Shown here: positions 17,911 through 26,988 of the stretch, piece by piece
Layout of the letters: every line of letters starts with the position of its first letter
Position numbering within the stretch: the stretch's first letter is position 1
NCBI GenBank assembly: GCA_002344055.1
Contig: DDTH01000007.1
Location: forward strand, 30,415-94,414
DNA length: 64,000 nt
Source: Sphingomonadales bacterium UBA2369
Lineage (GTDB): Bacteria > Pseudomonadota > Alphaproteobacteria > Sphingomonadales > Sphingomonadaceae
Direction of reading: 5' to 3'
Notes under the pieces: model-generated
What the model was told of the DNA's origin: nothing
What the model saw: only the letters and a program-made list of their open reading frames with translations
Databases searched by the model: none
Made by a program: the position numbers and the translations under genes

Positions 17911-19537
17911 CGAGGCCGGTGACGCGGCCGTCCGCGACGTCGAAGGCGATCCTCGCGCCCACCTCTTCCACCCGGAACTCGCGTTCGGAAATCGCGCGCA
18001 GCGGCAAAGCGGGCTGACCGTCGAGCTGGACGGTGAGGCCGCCCGCCTCTGCCATGGCGATGGTCACGACCGGGCCGCCGGTGAGGTAGCGGCCGACATA
18101 GGTGCGCAGCAGCGTCTCCGCGACCGCCACGGTTGGCGCTTCCGGCGGGATCGGGCCGGTGCGGGGCGAGCGGACAGCCTCGTTCTGGCCGTTCGAATGC
18201 ATGTGCATCACATGAGTGCCGTCCGCCCCGCGCTCGATGCGGAACCAGGTAAGGCTGCCGGGGCCGTAGAAGTAGCGGTCGCCACCGGCCGGGAAGACCT
18301 CCAGTTCGCGGCCGCCATCACGGCTGGTGTAGAGCTTGCCGTCGCGCGCGTAGAAGCGGCGCGCCTCGTTGTCGCTGATCCGGTAGACACCGAACAGTGG
18401 CTCGACCGCCGCCATATCGAGCGCGGCGCGGGTGAAGATCGGATAGGGATCGCCCAGCGCCAGCGCGGCGATCCGGCGCAACAATGTCGGCGGATCGACG
18501 GCCGGATTTTCGACATTGGCGAAGACCGCGATGAACATGTCTTCCGCCGGCAGATAGAGGCTGTCGGTGGCGAAGCCGTTGATATTGCCGCCATGGCCGA
18601 TCCCGGCCCTGCCCCGCGCATCCGCGTTCGTCAGGCCCATGCCATAAGGGCTTTCGCTGCCGTCCGGCAGCGGCGTGCGGGTGATCATCTCCCGATAAAG
18701 CGCTGGCGTCACGACCCGTCCGTGGTGCAGCGCACGCGCCCACTTCGCCAGATCCTCGACCGAGCCGACCAGCCCGCCCGCCGCGTGCGGGACGCTCATA
18801 TGGATCGCCATCGCGGCCTCCGGGCCGTTGTCGCCGATGCCATAGCCGCGCACCATTGCCGCGCTGGCCGCCACATCCTCGCCATAGGCGATCGTCGTCA
18901 GCCCGAGCGGGCGTGAAATCCGCTCGCTTATGGCCTCATGCCAGGCCTTGCCCGTCACCTGCTCGATGATCGCGCCGAGCAGCAGATAGCCGCTATTGTT
19001 GTAGGCGAACGCCTCGCCCGGCCGGGTGGGCGACGGCAGATCGCGGAACGCGGCGATCATCTGGGCCGTGCTGTGCGGGCGGTTCATGTTCGGCTCCATC
19101 CAGCCCGGGATGCCGGTGTAGGACTGGATGCCCGACAGGTGACGCAGCAACTGGCGGACGGTCGCACCGCCCCCGGGCTGAGGATAATCCGGAAAGAAGC
19201 GGGTCAACGGATCGTCGAGCGAGATGCGCCCCTCGCCGACCAGTTGCAGGATCACGGCAGCGGTGAATTGCTTGGTGATCGAGCCGAGCCGGAACACGCT
19301 GGACGGCGCGAGCGGCCGGTTCGCGGCGATATCGGCCATGCCGCGCCCGGCGGCGTAAACCGTCTGCCCGCCGCGAGTGACGATCACCGCCACGCCCGGT
19401 CCGTCTGCCGGATAGGCTTCCGCCAGCACCGCGTCCGCCTGGACCCGGAAATCCGCGGGCTGGGCAATGGCGGCCTGCGGCGCGGCGACGATGAAGGCGG
19501 CGGCGGCAGCCGCGCCGACCCGGCTCATGACATGCAT
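17861..19537 (-). CDS. Serine hydrolase (beta-lactamase/peptidase S12 family) with C-terminal extension domains
   Basis: Signal peptide; SITK (SxxK), YNN (YxN), GHGG. Confidence 0.88.
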   Translation of the reverse strand: MHVMSRVGAAAAAAFIVAAPQAAIAQPADFRVQADAVLAEAYPADGPGVAVIVTRGGQTVYAAGRGMADIAANRPLAPSSVFRLGSITKQFTAAVILQLVGEGRISLDDPLTRFFPDYPQPGGGATVRQLLRHLSGIQSYTGIPGWMEPNMNRPHSTAQMIAAFRDLPSPTRPGEAFAYNNSGYLLLGAIIEQVTGKAWHEAISERISRPLGLTTIAYGEDVAASAAMVRGYGIGDNGPEAAMAIHMSVPHAAGGLVGSVEDLAKWARALHHGRVVTPALYREMITRTPLPDGSESPYGMGLTNADARGRAGIGHGGNINGFATDSLYLPAEDMFIAVFANVENPAVDPPTLLRRIAALALGDPYPIFTRAALDMAAVEPLFGVYRISDNEARRFYARDGKLYTSRDGGRELEVFPAGGDRYFYGPGSLTWFRIERGADGTHVMHMHSNGQNEAVRSPRTGPIPPEAPTVAVAETLLRTYVGRYLTGGPVVTIAMAEAGGLTVQLDGQPALPLRAISEREFRVEEVGARIAFDVADGRVTGLVIHQGGGQLPARRDGD

Positions 19538-19552
19538 CAGATTCTCCCCCAT

Positions 19553-19574
19553 CTGTATTAGTCAGATAATACAG
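19553..19574. promoter_or_regulatory. Putative repressor operator overlapping the serine hydrolase promoter
   Basis: Perfect CTGTATTA-N6-TAATACAG; minus strand TTGACC-N18-TATTAT overlaps it. Confidence 0.55.
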
Positions 19575-19599
19575 TTGACTTGAAGCGGCGGTCAAGCGG

Positions 19600-20328
19600 T
19601 CATTCGGCCGAGTAAGCGTAGCGATCCTCGCTGAGCGTCTCGGCAAGCCCGCCGCCGCGCCGGACAACGCGGACCTGCCGGTGATCGTTACCGTCGCTCC
19701 GCTGGATATCGATCTCCGCCGCCTCACGCTGACCGAGCGCATGAATTTCCGCGTGCAGAGTCAGGTCGCGGACGGCCACGCGCAGGCGAACCGGGACGTC
19801 GAGCGGATTGGCGAGGCGCAGATCCTTCCAGGGCCAGACCACGGTGGCGTCGAGGCCGAGCGGGGTGAATCGCTCCTGCTCGGCATACAGGTCCTTGGAA
19901 TGGGGATGACGCTCGACCGGATTGAGTCCGGCGCGGATGCCCGCTTCATAGACGATGCCGCTGAGCTGACACAGGCCGCCGCCAATATCGCCCCCGGCCA
20001 CGCCGCCGCGGATCGAGCGGCCGAGCGCGAAACCGGCCCTGGCGCTAGGCTTCCCGACCAGCCGCCAGAAGGACAAAGTTTCACCGGGCGCGACCACGAC
20101 GCCGTCGAGCCGGGAAGCGCCAAGCGTCAGATTTGCCAGCTTGCCCGCGAGAAAGGGCGACGGCTTGATCTCCTGCACGATCGAGACAACCGGATGCGGG
20201 AAATCAGCGCCCCGTCCACGCGCGAAGCGGGGCCGTGCGCGCAGATCGCGAAGCTGCCGGCGCGCTCCGGCCACGGAGGCGCGCAGGCCATAAGGCAAAG
20301 CACGGCGGATCGCGGCGCGCAGACCCAT
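19600..20328 (-). CDS. VanW family protein
   Basis: PGETLSFWRLVG, GGGLCQLS, ERHPHS, LGLDATV.W..KDLRLAN. Confidence 0.85.
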   Translation of the reverse strand: MGLRAAIRRALPYGLRASVAGARRQLRDLRARPRFARGRGADFPHPVVSIVQEIKPSPFLAGKLANLTLGASRLDGVVVAPGETLSFWRLVGKPSARAGFALGRSIRGGVAGGDIGGGLCQLSGIVYEAGIRAGLNPVERHPHSKDLYAEQERFTPLGLDATVVWPWKDLRLANPLDVPVRLRVAVRDLTLHAEIHALGQREAAEIDIQRSDGNDHRQVRVVRRGGGLAETLSEDRYAYSAE

Positions 20329-20351
20329 CTTACCCGGTCCGCGCGGCGGGC

Positions 20352-20681
20352 TCAGCCCGCTTTCGCGACCTGTTTGTCGGCCAGAAGTTGTTGAAGTTCG
20401 CCCGCTTCGAACATTTCCATCATGATGTCGCTGCCGCCGACGAATTCGCCCTTCACGTAGAGTTGGGGAATGGTCGGCCAGTCAGAATATTCCTTGATGC
20501 CGTTGCGGATCTCGGGGTCCTGCAGCACATCCACCGTCTCGAAGCCGACATTGAGATGATCGAGGATCGCCACCGCGCGGCTGGAGAAGCCGCATTGCGG
20601 GAACAGGGCCGTCCCTTTCATGAACAGGACGACGTCGTTCGCGTTCACGATCTCGTCGATGCGGGCCTTGGCGTCGGTCAT
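20352..20681 (-). CDS. grxD: Monothiol glutaredoxin Grx4
   Basis: [30 protein letters not shown]. Confidence 0.96.
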   Translation of the reverse strand: MTDAKARIDEIVNANDVVLFMKGTALFPQCGFSSRAVAILDHLNVGFETVDVLQDPEIRNGIKEYSDWPTIPQLYVKGEFVGGSDIMMEMFEAGELQQLLADKQVAKAG

Positions 20682-20692
20682 TTCGTCTGTCC

Positions 20693-20926
20693 TCAATCCG
20701 GCACTGCGGTGGAAAGCTGGAGCGCGTGCAGCACGCCGCCCATGCGCCCGCCGAGCGCCTCGTAAACCATCTGGTGCTGCTTCACGCGGGGCATGCCGCG
20801 AAAGACTTCGGCCACCACGCGGGCGGCATAATGATCGCCGTCGCCGCGCAGATCGGTAATTTCGACCTGCGCATCCGGGATCGCGGCCCGGATCATCGTC
20901 TCGATCTCGTCGGCGGCCATCGGCAT
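20693..20926 (-). CDS. BolA/IbaG family protein
   Basis: [31 protein letters not shown]; adjacent to grxD. Confidence 0.93.
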   Translation of the reverse strand: MPMAADEIETMIRAAIPDAQVEITDLRGDGDHYAARVVAEVFRGMPRVKQHQMVYEALGGRMGGVLHALQLSTAVPD

Positions 20927-20930
20927 CGCG

Positions 20931-21257
20931 TCAGCCCATCGATTCGATCAGCTGGCGGCGCGCCTCCACCGACTTCAGATCGACCTGGGCGCGGATCGCG
21001 GCCTCGTCGATCTCGATCCCGGCCGAAGTGAGGTCGCCGAGCAATTTGCGGATCACATCCTCGTCGCCCGCTTCCTCGAAATCGGCGCGGATCACGTCGC
21101 GCGCATAGGCTTCGGCCTCGACCGGGCTCAGCCCCATCAGCTCCGCCGCCCAGGCGCCGAGCAATTTGTTGCGGCGGGCAGTGATCTTGAACTGCATTTC
21201 CTGGTCACGGGCGAATTGCGTCTCGAAAGCGCGTTCGCGATCGTCGAAAGTGGTCAT
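20931..21257 (-). CDS. DUF1476 / F1Fo-ATPase inhibitor subunit zeta
   Basis: MTTFDDRERAFETQFARDQEMQFKITARRNKLLGAWAA. Confidence 0.92.
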   Translation of the reverse strand: MTTFDDRERAFETQFARDQEMQFKITARRNKLLGAWAAELMGLSPVEAEAYARDVIRADFEEAGDEDVIRKLLGDLTSAGIEIDEAAIRAQVDLKSVEARRQLIESMG

Positions 21258-21397
21258 TCCGGCTCCTCGGCTTCTTCCCATCGCAGATAGGCGGCGCGCC
21301 GTGGCTTCGCAACGCCGCGTCTCAACCGAATCAAATCGCGCTTGCATGCCGCATGAATCCTGCCAAGCGTCCGCCGCCCTTTGGAGATACCCCTATC

Positions 21398-21820
21398 ATG
21401 TTGAAAACCGGACTTTCCGCTCTTCTGGTTCTGACCGCTTCAGCCGCTGTCGCACAGCCCGCGCAGACGCCGCCGGCCGCCGGCGCCCCGGCCCAGCAGC
21501 AGCAAATCGTCCCGCCGCCCGCTTTCATGCAGACCGCCGAGGCTTTCGGTCAGTGCGTCGAAGGCGCGATTGAGCAGGTCCCGGCGTCGGCGACGCCGGA
21601 AGCAGGCGCGGCGCAGGCGCTCGCCGGCTGCGCGACGCAGAAGGCCGCGATGGAGACGCAGTTCGAGGCGTGGGTCGCCAGCGACAGCTTCCCCGCCGCC
21701 GGCCGCGACATGGCGCGCCAGCAATTCCGCACGCAGGTTGGCGGGGCGGAAGCGCAGATCGCCAATGCGATTCGCCAGCAGCGCGCCGCCCCGGCCGCTC
21801 CGGCCACGCCCTCCAACTAA
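21398..21820 (+). CDS. Hypothetical exported helical protein, paralog A
   Basis: Signal peptide, Pro/Gln linker, two Cys, W..S..F, EAQIANAIR. Confidence 0.65.
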   Translation: MLKTGLSALLVLTASAAVAQPAQTPPAAGAPAQQQQIVPPPAFMQTAEAFGQCVEGAIEQVPASATPEAGAAQALAGCATQKAAMETQFEAWVASDSFPAAGRDMARQQFRTQVGGAEAQIANAIRQQRAAPAAPATPSN

Positions 21821-21905
21821 GCCGGGCGAGCGGGGTGCCACAGCGCCCCGCTCGACAGCCTCGCCGCCGCGTGGCACCCAGAGCGCTCACCGAGGGGGAG
21901 TGCTC

Positions 21906-22241
21906 ATGATCCTGGCCATGTTCGCGGCTGCGATTTTGCTTCAGCCGGCAGAGGAAACGCCGCCGCCGGAGGTGGAGCAGGCCGGCCAGGCCTGGGCCGA
22001 TTGCATCGGCGCGGGTGTCGATGCCGCCCCGGCGCGCGGATCGGAACGCGCCGCCGCGCGCGCGATCCTGACGAATTGCCGTACCCTGCAGAACCGCATG
22101 GTGGCGGCCTATGGCAGCTGGGTGAACGCATCGTCGCTGTCCGACGCCGACAAACGGAGCGCGATTGCCGCCACACAGCGCACCATCGACGGCATGGAAG
22201 CGCAGATTACGGCGGCGATCCGCGCCAGTCGCGCGGACTGA
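21906..22241 (+). CDS. Hypothetical exported helical protein, paralog B
   Basis: Signal peptide, two Cys spaced as in 21398..21820, W..SS.L, EAQITAAIR. Confidence 0.65.
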   Translation: MILAMFAAAILLQPAEETPPPEVEQAGQAWADCIGAGVDAAPARGSERAAARAILTNCRTLQNRMVAAYGSWVNASSLSDADKRSAIAATQRTIDGMEAQITAAIRASRAD

Positions 22242-22278
22242 CGCCGGGTTATTTCGGCTCTGATCCACTAACGTGGAA

Positions 22279-22386
22279 GCGGCACCGGCCCACGCCCCCA
22301 CCCGGCCTCCCATCTAGGGTACGCTGTCTGGGTGGCCGGGTGGGGGCGTGGGCCGGTGCCGCACGGATTCAGCATAGCTGAATCCG
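22279..22386. repeat. Palindromic intergenic element: perfect 29-bp inverted repeat plus a 10-bp hairpin
   Basis: 22279-22307 is the exact reverse complement of 22334-22362; CGGATTCAGC-ATA-GCTGAATCCG at 22364-22386. Confidence 0.9.
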
Positions 22387-22397
22387 AATTCTGACCC

Positions 22398-23396
22398 TCA
22401 GTCCATCGTCACCACGAGTTTGCCGACCGCCTTGCGCGCGGCCATGTGCGCAATCGCCTCGCCGCCTTCAGCGAGCGGCCAAAGGCGGGTGACCTTCGGC
22501 GCGATCTTGCCTTCTTCCCAGAGGCGGAAGAGCGTCTGCAGGTGCGCCGCATTCGCCTTCGGGTCGCGCGCCGCGAAGGCGCCCCAGAAGACGCCGCGCA
22601 CGTCGCAGCTCTTCAGCAAGGTGAGGTTGAGCGGCAGCTTCGGGATGCCGGCCGGGAAGCCGATCACCAGATAGCGCCCCTCCCAGGCGATCGAGCGCAA
22701 GGCCGGTTCGCAATAGTCGCCGCCGACCGGATCGTAGATGACGTCCGCGCCATTGGCGCCGACCGCCGCCTTGAACTGGTCGGCCAGCGCCTTCGACGCC
22801 GCCTTGTCGAACGGGCCTTGTGGATAGACGATCGCCTCGTCCGCGCCCGCGTCGCGCGCCGCCTGTGCTTTCTCCTCCGACGAAGCGGCGGCGATCACCC
22901 GCGCGCCATAGGCCTTGCCGAGTTCGACCGCCGCCAGCCCGACGCCGCCCGCCGCGCCGAGCACCAGCAAGGTCTCGCCCGCCTTGAGCTGCCCGCGATC
23001 GAACAGAGCGTGGATCGTGGTGCCGTAGGTCAGGATCAGTGCCGAGCCATCCGCGAAGCTGCGCCCCTCGGGCAGCGGGATCGCCTGCGCGGCGCTCACC
23101 ACCACCTTCTCGACGAGGCCGCCATGGCCGATCATCGCGATCAGCCGGTCGCCGGGCGACCAGCCGGTAACGCCCTCCCCGACCGCCTCGACCACGCCCG
23201 CCACCTCGCCGCCCGGCGCGAACGGGCGCGGCGGCTTGAACTGATATTTGTCCTCGATGATCAGGACGTCGGGATAGTTGATCGCGCAGGCCTTCACCGC
23301 GACCAGCAACTGGCCCGGGCCGGCGACGGGATCCGGCAGGTCGCTCAGCCGGAGCGTCTCGGGGCCACCAGGCGCGGTCGACAGCAGAGCCTTCAT
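22398..23396 (-). CDS. NADPH:quinone oxidoreductase family (MDR, zinc-free)
   Basis: AINYPD, PFAPGGEVAG, VLGAAGGVG, DVIYDPVGG, GKLVV. Confidence 0.92.
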   Translation of the reverse strand: MKALLSTAPGGPETLRLSDLPDPVAGPGQLLVAVKACAINYPDVLIIEDKYQFKPPRPFAPGGEVAGVVEAVGEGVTGWSPGDRLIAMIGHGGLVEKVVVSAAQAIPLPEGRSFADGSALILTYGTTIHALFDRGQLKAGETLLVLGAAGGVGLAAVELGKAYGARVIAAASSEEKAQAARDAGADEAIVYPQGPFDKAASKALADQFKAAVGANGADVIYDPVGGDYCEPALRSIAWEGRYLVIGFPAGIPKLPLNLTLLKSCDVRGVFWGAFAARDPKANAAHLQTLFRLWEEGKIAPKVTRLWPLAEGGEAIAHMAARKAVGKLVVTMD

Positions 23397-24259
23397 CGCG
23401 CGGCCTGCGGAAAAGCGGGGAGCTTCGCCACGTCCGCCGGCTCGTGCTGGATGATCACCCGCGCGCCGAGATTACGGGCGATACGGTCGAAGCGGTCCAT
23501 GCTGGCGAGCGTATCGGCGCGATTGTGATTGAAGGGCGGGACGCCGCGATTCGCGACCTGCTCGGTGAAATGGTACATGTCGCCGCTCAGCAGCACCGGG
23601 CCGGAGGCGAGCCGGACGAGCAGGGCGTAGTGGCCCGGCGTATGGCCGGGCAGTTTGATCATCGTCACACGCCCGTCGCCGAACACGTCATGGTCGGCAG
23701 TCAGTTCGGTCTTCTCGCCTTCGCCGACCAGCCAATGCCCCAGCGCCGCGGCGGAATCGGCGTCGGCGGGCGGGGTGGACAGCAGCGCGCCGACATCGCC
23801 CCGGCCGATCAGCAATGTCGCGCCCGGGAAGCGCGGCGCCTGGCCGACATGGTCGAAATGGTAATGGCTGATGCCGAGATATTCGATCTGCTCAGGGCGG
23901 ACATTGAGCTGGCGGAGCTGATCGACGACGCTGCGCTGCATCCGCATCGTCCCGATCGGCAGGGTCATCGGATTGCCGACCAGAGCGTCGGGCAGGCCCG
24001 CGTCCCAGAGCAGATAGCGGTCGCCATGTTTGATCAGATAGCAGCTGGCGACGACATCCTTCGGCCCCGCAGGATAATCGAAGGCATCGTTGAAGAAGGC
24101 GCCGTACTGGGCGACCGTCAGCGCCCCGCAATCGAGCCGCCAGAGCGAGAGTTCGGCTTGCCCGGCGGGCGCGGTGACGGGCGCAGGTTGCGCCGAGGCG
24201 GGGCCGGCGGCTGCCAGACTCGCCAACGCGGCCAACAGGAAACTCTTCATCTCGCTCAC
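23393..24259 (-). CDS. N-acyl homoserine lactonase family metallo-beta-lactamase, exported
   Basis: Signal peptide; LWDAG, SHYHFDH (HxHxDH), DVFGDG, PGHTPGH, LLSGD, IIQH. Confidence 0.85.
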   Translation of the reverse strand: MSEMKSFLLAALASLAAAGPASAQPAPVTAPAGQAELSLWRLDCGALTVAQYGAFFNDAFDYPAGPKDVVASCYLIKHGDRYLLWDAGLPDALVGNPMTLPIGTMRMQRSVVDQLRQLNVRPEQIEYLGISHYHFDHVGQAPRFPGATLLIGRGDVGALLSTPPADADSAAALGHWLVGEGEKTELTADHDVFGDGRVTMIKLPGHTPGHYALLVRLASGPVLLSGDMYHFTEQVANRGVPPFNHNRADTLASMDRFDRIARNLGARVIIQHEPADVAKLPAFPQAAR

Positions 24260-24339
24260 CCCTTTTCGCGCGATCGTTCGCGCCGTTGATAAGGGGGTTG
24301 AGGCCGGTGGGGCAACGGGCTTGCGCCGCCCGCGCCGCT

Positions 24340-24990
24340 TCAGGCCGCGACGAGCGCCTCTTCATAATGCGCCGTCGTCTTGGCGCGGACTTCCTCCGCC
24401 GTCACGCCCGGCGCCAGTTCGATCAGGCGGAACGGGCTGTCATGATCGACGCGGTGGAACACGCAAAGATCGGTGATGATCATATCGACCACATTCTTGC
24501 CGGTCAGCGGCAGGGTGCAGGCCGGGATAAACTTCGGGTCGCCGGCCTTGGAATTATGCTCCATCACCACGATGATCTTCTTCACGCCGGCGACCAGATC
24601 CATCGCGCCGCCCATGCCCTTGATCATCTTGCCGGGGATCATCCAGTTGGCGATGTCGCCATTCTCCGCAATCTCCATCGCGCCCAGCACGGTCAGATCG
24701 ATATGACCGCCGCGGATCATCGCGAAGCTGTCCGAGCTGCTGAAATAGCTGGTCGAGGCCAGTTCGCTGATCGTCTGTTTGCCGGCGTTGATCAGGTCCG
24801 GATCGACCTCGTCATCGTACGGGAAAGGGCCGATGCCCAGCATGCCATTCTCGCTCTGCAGCGTCACCGTCATCCCCGCCGGAATATTGTTCGCGACGAG
24901 CGTCGGGATGCCGATGCCGAGATTGACATAATAGCCGTCGCGCAATTCCTGCGCGGCGCGGGCGGCGATCTGGTTACGATCCCAGGGCAT
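24340..24990 (-). CDS. scoB: 3-oxoacid CoA-transferase subunit B
   Basis: YVNLGIGIPTLV, LQSENG (catalytic Glu), KGMGGAMDLV. Confidence 0.93.
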   Translation of the reverse strand: MPWDRNQIAARAAQELRDGYYVNLGIGIPTLVANNIPAGMTVTLQSENGMLGIGPFPYDDEVDPDLINAGKQTISELASTSYFSSSDSFAMIRGGHIDLTVLGAMEIAENGDIANWMIPGKMIKGMGGAMDLVAGVKKIIVVMEHNSKAGDPKFIPACTLPLTGKNVVDMIITDLCVFHRVDHDSPFRLIELAPGVTAEEVRAKTTAHYEEALVAA

Positions 24991-25004
24991 TGTTCGCTCC
25001 TTCT

Positions 25005-25149
25005 CCTCCCCTCCCTGCAAGGGAGGGGCCGGGGGTGGGTAGCGGCGTCGGGGCTCGATGCCCCGGCGGCGCTTTGAAACATCGGGGCGGAAAGATGCTC
25101 GCTTCGCTCGCACCCACCCCTCGATCCCCTCCCTTGCAGGGAGGGGAGG
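25005..25149. repeat. Palindromic REP/CIR-like element with 24-bp terminal inverted repeats
   Basis: CCTCCCCTCCCTGCAAGGGAGGGG (25005-25028) matches the reverse complement of 25126-25149 exactly; each end is itself a hairpin. Confidence 0.9.
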
Positions 25150-25152
25150 CAA

Positions 25153-25860
25153 TCACGCCGCCTCCCGCTGCCTCGTCGTGCGGAATTCGATCTTCTTGTC
25201 GTAGGGCGCGCCGACGATCATGCGCTTGGCGTAGATGCTCGGCAGATGGATCGCGTCGGGATCCATGCTGCCGGTCGGGACGATTTCCTCGACCTCTACC
25301 ACGCAGATCTTCGCGGCGGTGGCCATTGGCTGGTTGAAATTGCGCGCGGTCTTGCGGAACTGGAGATTGCCGCTTTCGTCCGCGCGCCAGGCCTTCACGA
25401 TGGCGAGATCGGCGAAGATGCCGCGCTCCAGGATATAATCCTGGCCATCGAAATTCTTCACTTCCTTGCCCTCGGCAACCTTCGTGCCGACGCCGGTCTT
25501 GGTGTAGAAGCCGGGAATGCCCGCCCCGCCCGCGCGACAGCGTTCGGCCAGCGTTCCCTGCGGGCAGAATTCCACCTCCAGCTCGCCGGCCAGATATTGC
25601 CGCTCGAACTCCTTATTCTCCCCCACATAGGAAGAGATCATCTTCTTCACCTGGCGGGTGCGGAGCAATTTGCCGAGGCCTTCATTGTCGATGCCGGCAT
25701 TGTTGGAAGCGATGGTGAGATCCTTCACCCCGCTCGCCTGGATCGCGTCGATCAGCCGCTCCGGAATGCCGCACAGGCCGAAGCCGCCCGCGCAGATCGT
25801 CATGCCGTCGAACAGCAGGCCGTCGAGCGCCGCCGCCGCATCGGGATAGAGTTTTTGCAT
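25153..25860 (-). CDS. scoA: 3-oxoacid CoA-transferase subunit A
   Basis: [38 protein letters not shown]. Confidence 0.94.
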   Translation of the reverse strand: MQKLYPDAAAALDGLLFDGMTICAGGFGLCGIPERLIDAIQASGVKDLTIASNNAGIDNEGLGKLLRTRQVKKMISSYVGENKEFERQYLAGELEVEFCPQGTLAERCRAGGAGIPGFYTKTGVGTKVAEGKEVKNFDGQDYILERGIFADLAIVKAWRADESGNLQFRKTARNFNQPMATAAKICVVEVEEIVPTGSMDPDAIHLPSIYAKRMIVGAPYDKKIEFRTTRQREAA

Positions 25861-25992
25861 GTCCGCTCCTGATCGCTTTGCGGGCGCGATAGCCCCGCCG
25901 CGAACGGGGGGTCAAGCGGAGCGGGGCCGCAGGATTTGCCTGCCCGGCCGTCCCGCGGCGGGGCGGTCGGGATTGTGCGGTTGCGGGAATCC

Positions 25993-26078
25993 GCAGGTTG
26001 GGAAAGAAAGGCCGCGAGGTTCATCCTCAAAGCGACCAACCTGCCGCTCCGGACCCCAAAAGGCCCGGAGCGTTTTTT
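25993..26078 (+). ncRNA. Candidate small RNA (hairpin plus intrinsic terminator, no plus-strand gene upstream)
   Basis: GCAGGTTGG/CCAACCTGC stem with inner GAGG/CCTC hairpin, then CGCTCCGG-N12-CCGGAGCG-TTTTTT; both flanking genes are on the minus strand. Confidence 0.45.
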
Positions 26079-26093
26079 GTTCGGGCGCCGCGA

Positions 26094-26567
26094 TCAGCAG
26101 CGGATGAAGTCGATCCCGCGGCCATTCGGGTTCGTCAGGCGCAAGGTGCGGCCATTGTCGCGAAGCTCGAACCCGCCCGTCTGGCCACGACCATTTTCGA
26201 TCAGTTCCAGCCGGCCGGGCGCCGGAACCCGCCAGGTCGGCGAGCCACCACGGCCATCGGGAATGTTCACCCGCCCGTCGGCGAAGAATTCCATGGTTTC
26301 GGCGCAGCTGTTCAGCCGGCCCCAGCGGCCGACCAGGGGGCCGCTGAGTTCGGGCGCGCCGGGAATGGGTGCGCTGGCATCGACAGGCACCGGCGCCGGA
26401 GCGACGCGATTGGCGCTTTCGGCGGAGACGATGCCCCCATCGGGAGCACTGGCCGGTGCAGGTGCCGGTGTTGCCACGGCGCCATTGGCCTGCGTCTGGC
26501 TGTTGTTCGCGCCCGCGCCGCAGCCGGCGAGCAGCAGGGCGCCGAAGCCGATCGTTGCGATTCTCAT
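26094..26567 (-). CDS. Hypothetical lipoprotein
   Basis: Lipobox LLAGC, Ala/Pro linker, LVGRWG..C...MEF..DG. Confidence 0.7.
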   Translation of the reverse strand: MRIATIGFGALLLAGCGAGANNSQTQANGAVATPAPAPASAPDGGIVSAESANRVAPAPVPVDASAPIPGAPELSGPLVGRWGRLNSCAETMEFFADGRVNIPDGRGGSPTWRVPAPGRLELIENGRGQTGGFELRDNGRTLRLTNPNGRGIDFIRC

Positions 26568-26639
26568 GCCGGTCTCCCTCCCGAAAGGAGGAAGTCTAGG
26601 GGCTGGCGCGCCACCCGCAAGCGCGAAGACGCGACAGGA

Positions 26640-26939
26640 TCAGCCGCGCAGCTTGGCGAAGACGCCCTGCAGCTGCATCGCATTGCCCATGTCGCCTTCG
26701 ACCTTGAGCTTGCCCTGCATGAAGGCGGTCATGCCGTCGAGCTGGCCATCGGCCAGCGCCTGCCAGTCGTCCCACGAAATCTTGATCGTGGTGTCGGCAT
26801 CGCCATCCTCTTCGGAGGCCGAGCCGGCCACGCCGTCGAGCAAAACCACGCCTTCGGCGCCGTAATCGATCTTGACCTTCTTGCCGGGCAGCCAAGCCTG
26901 CTTCTCGTTCAGCGCCGCAACCATCTCGCTCTTGGTCAT
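26640..26939 (-). CDS. SCP2 sterol-binding domain protein
   Basis: ADTTIKIS..DW..L..G.LDGMTAFMQGKLKVEGDMG.AMQL. Confidence 0.92.
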   Translation of the reverse strand: MTKSEMVAALNEKQAWLPGKKVKIDYGAEGVVLLDGVAGSASEEDGDADTTIKISWDDWQALADGQLDGMTAFMQGKLKVEGDMGNAMQLQGVFAKLRG

Positions 26940-26972
26940 GTCTCTCTCCTTATCTGTTTATCCCCGCCTGAC

Positions 26973-26988
26973 TTTACGCAAACGTCAA
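26973..26988. promoter_or_regulatory. Putative LiuR (MerR family) box upstream of the SCP2 gene
   Basis: TTTACGCAAACGTCAA, 2 mismatches from the recalled consensus TTTACGTwwACGTAAA. Confidence 0.5.
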
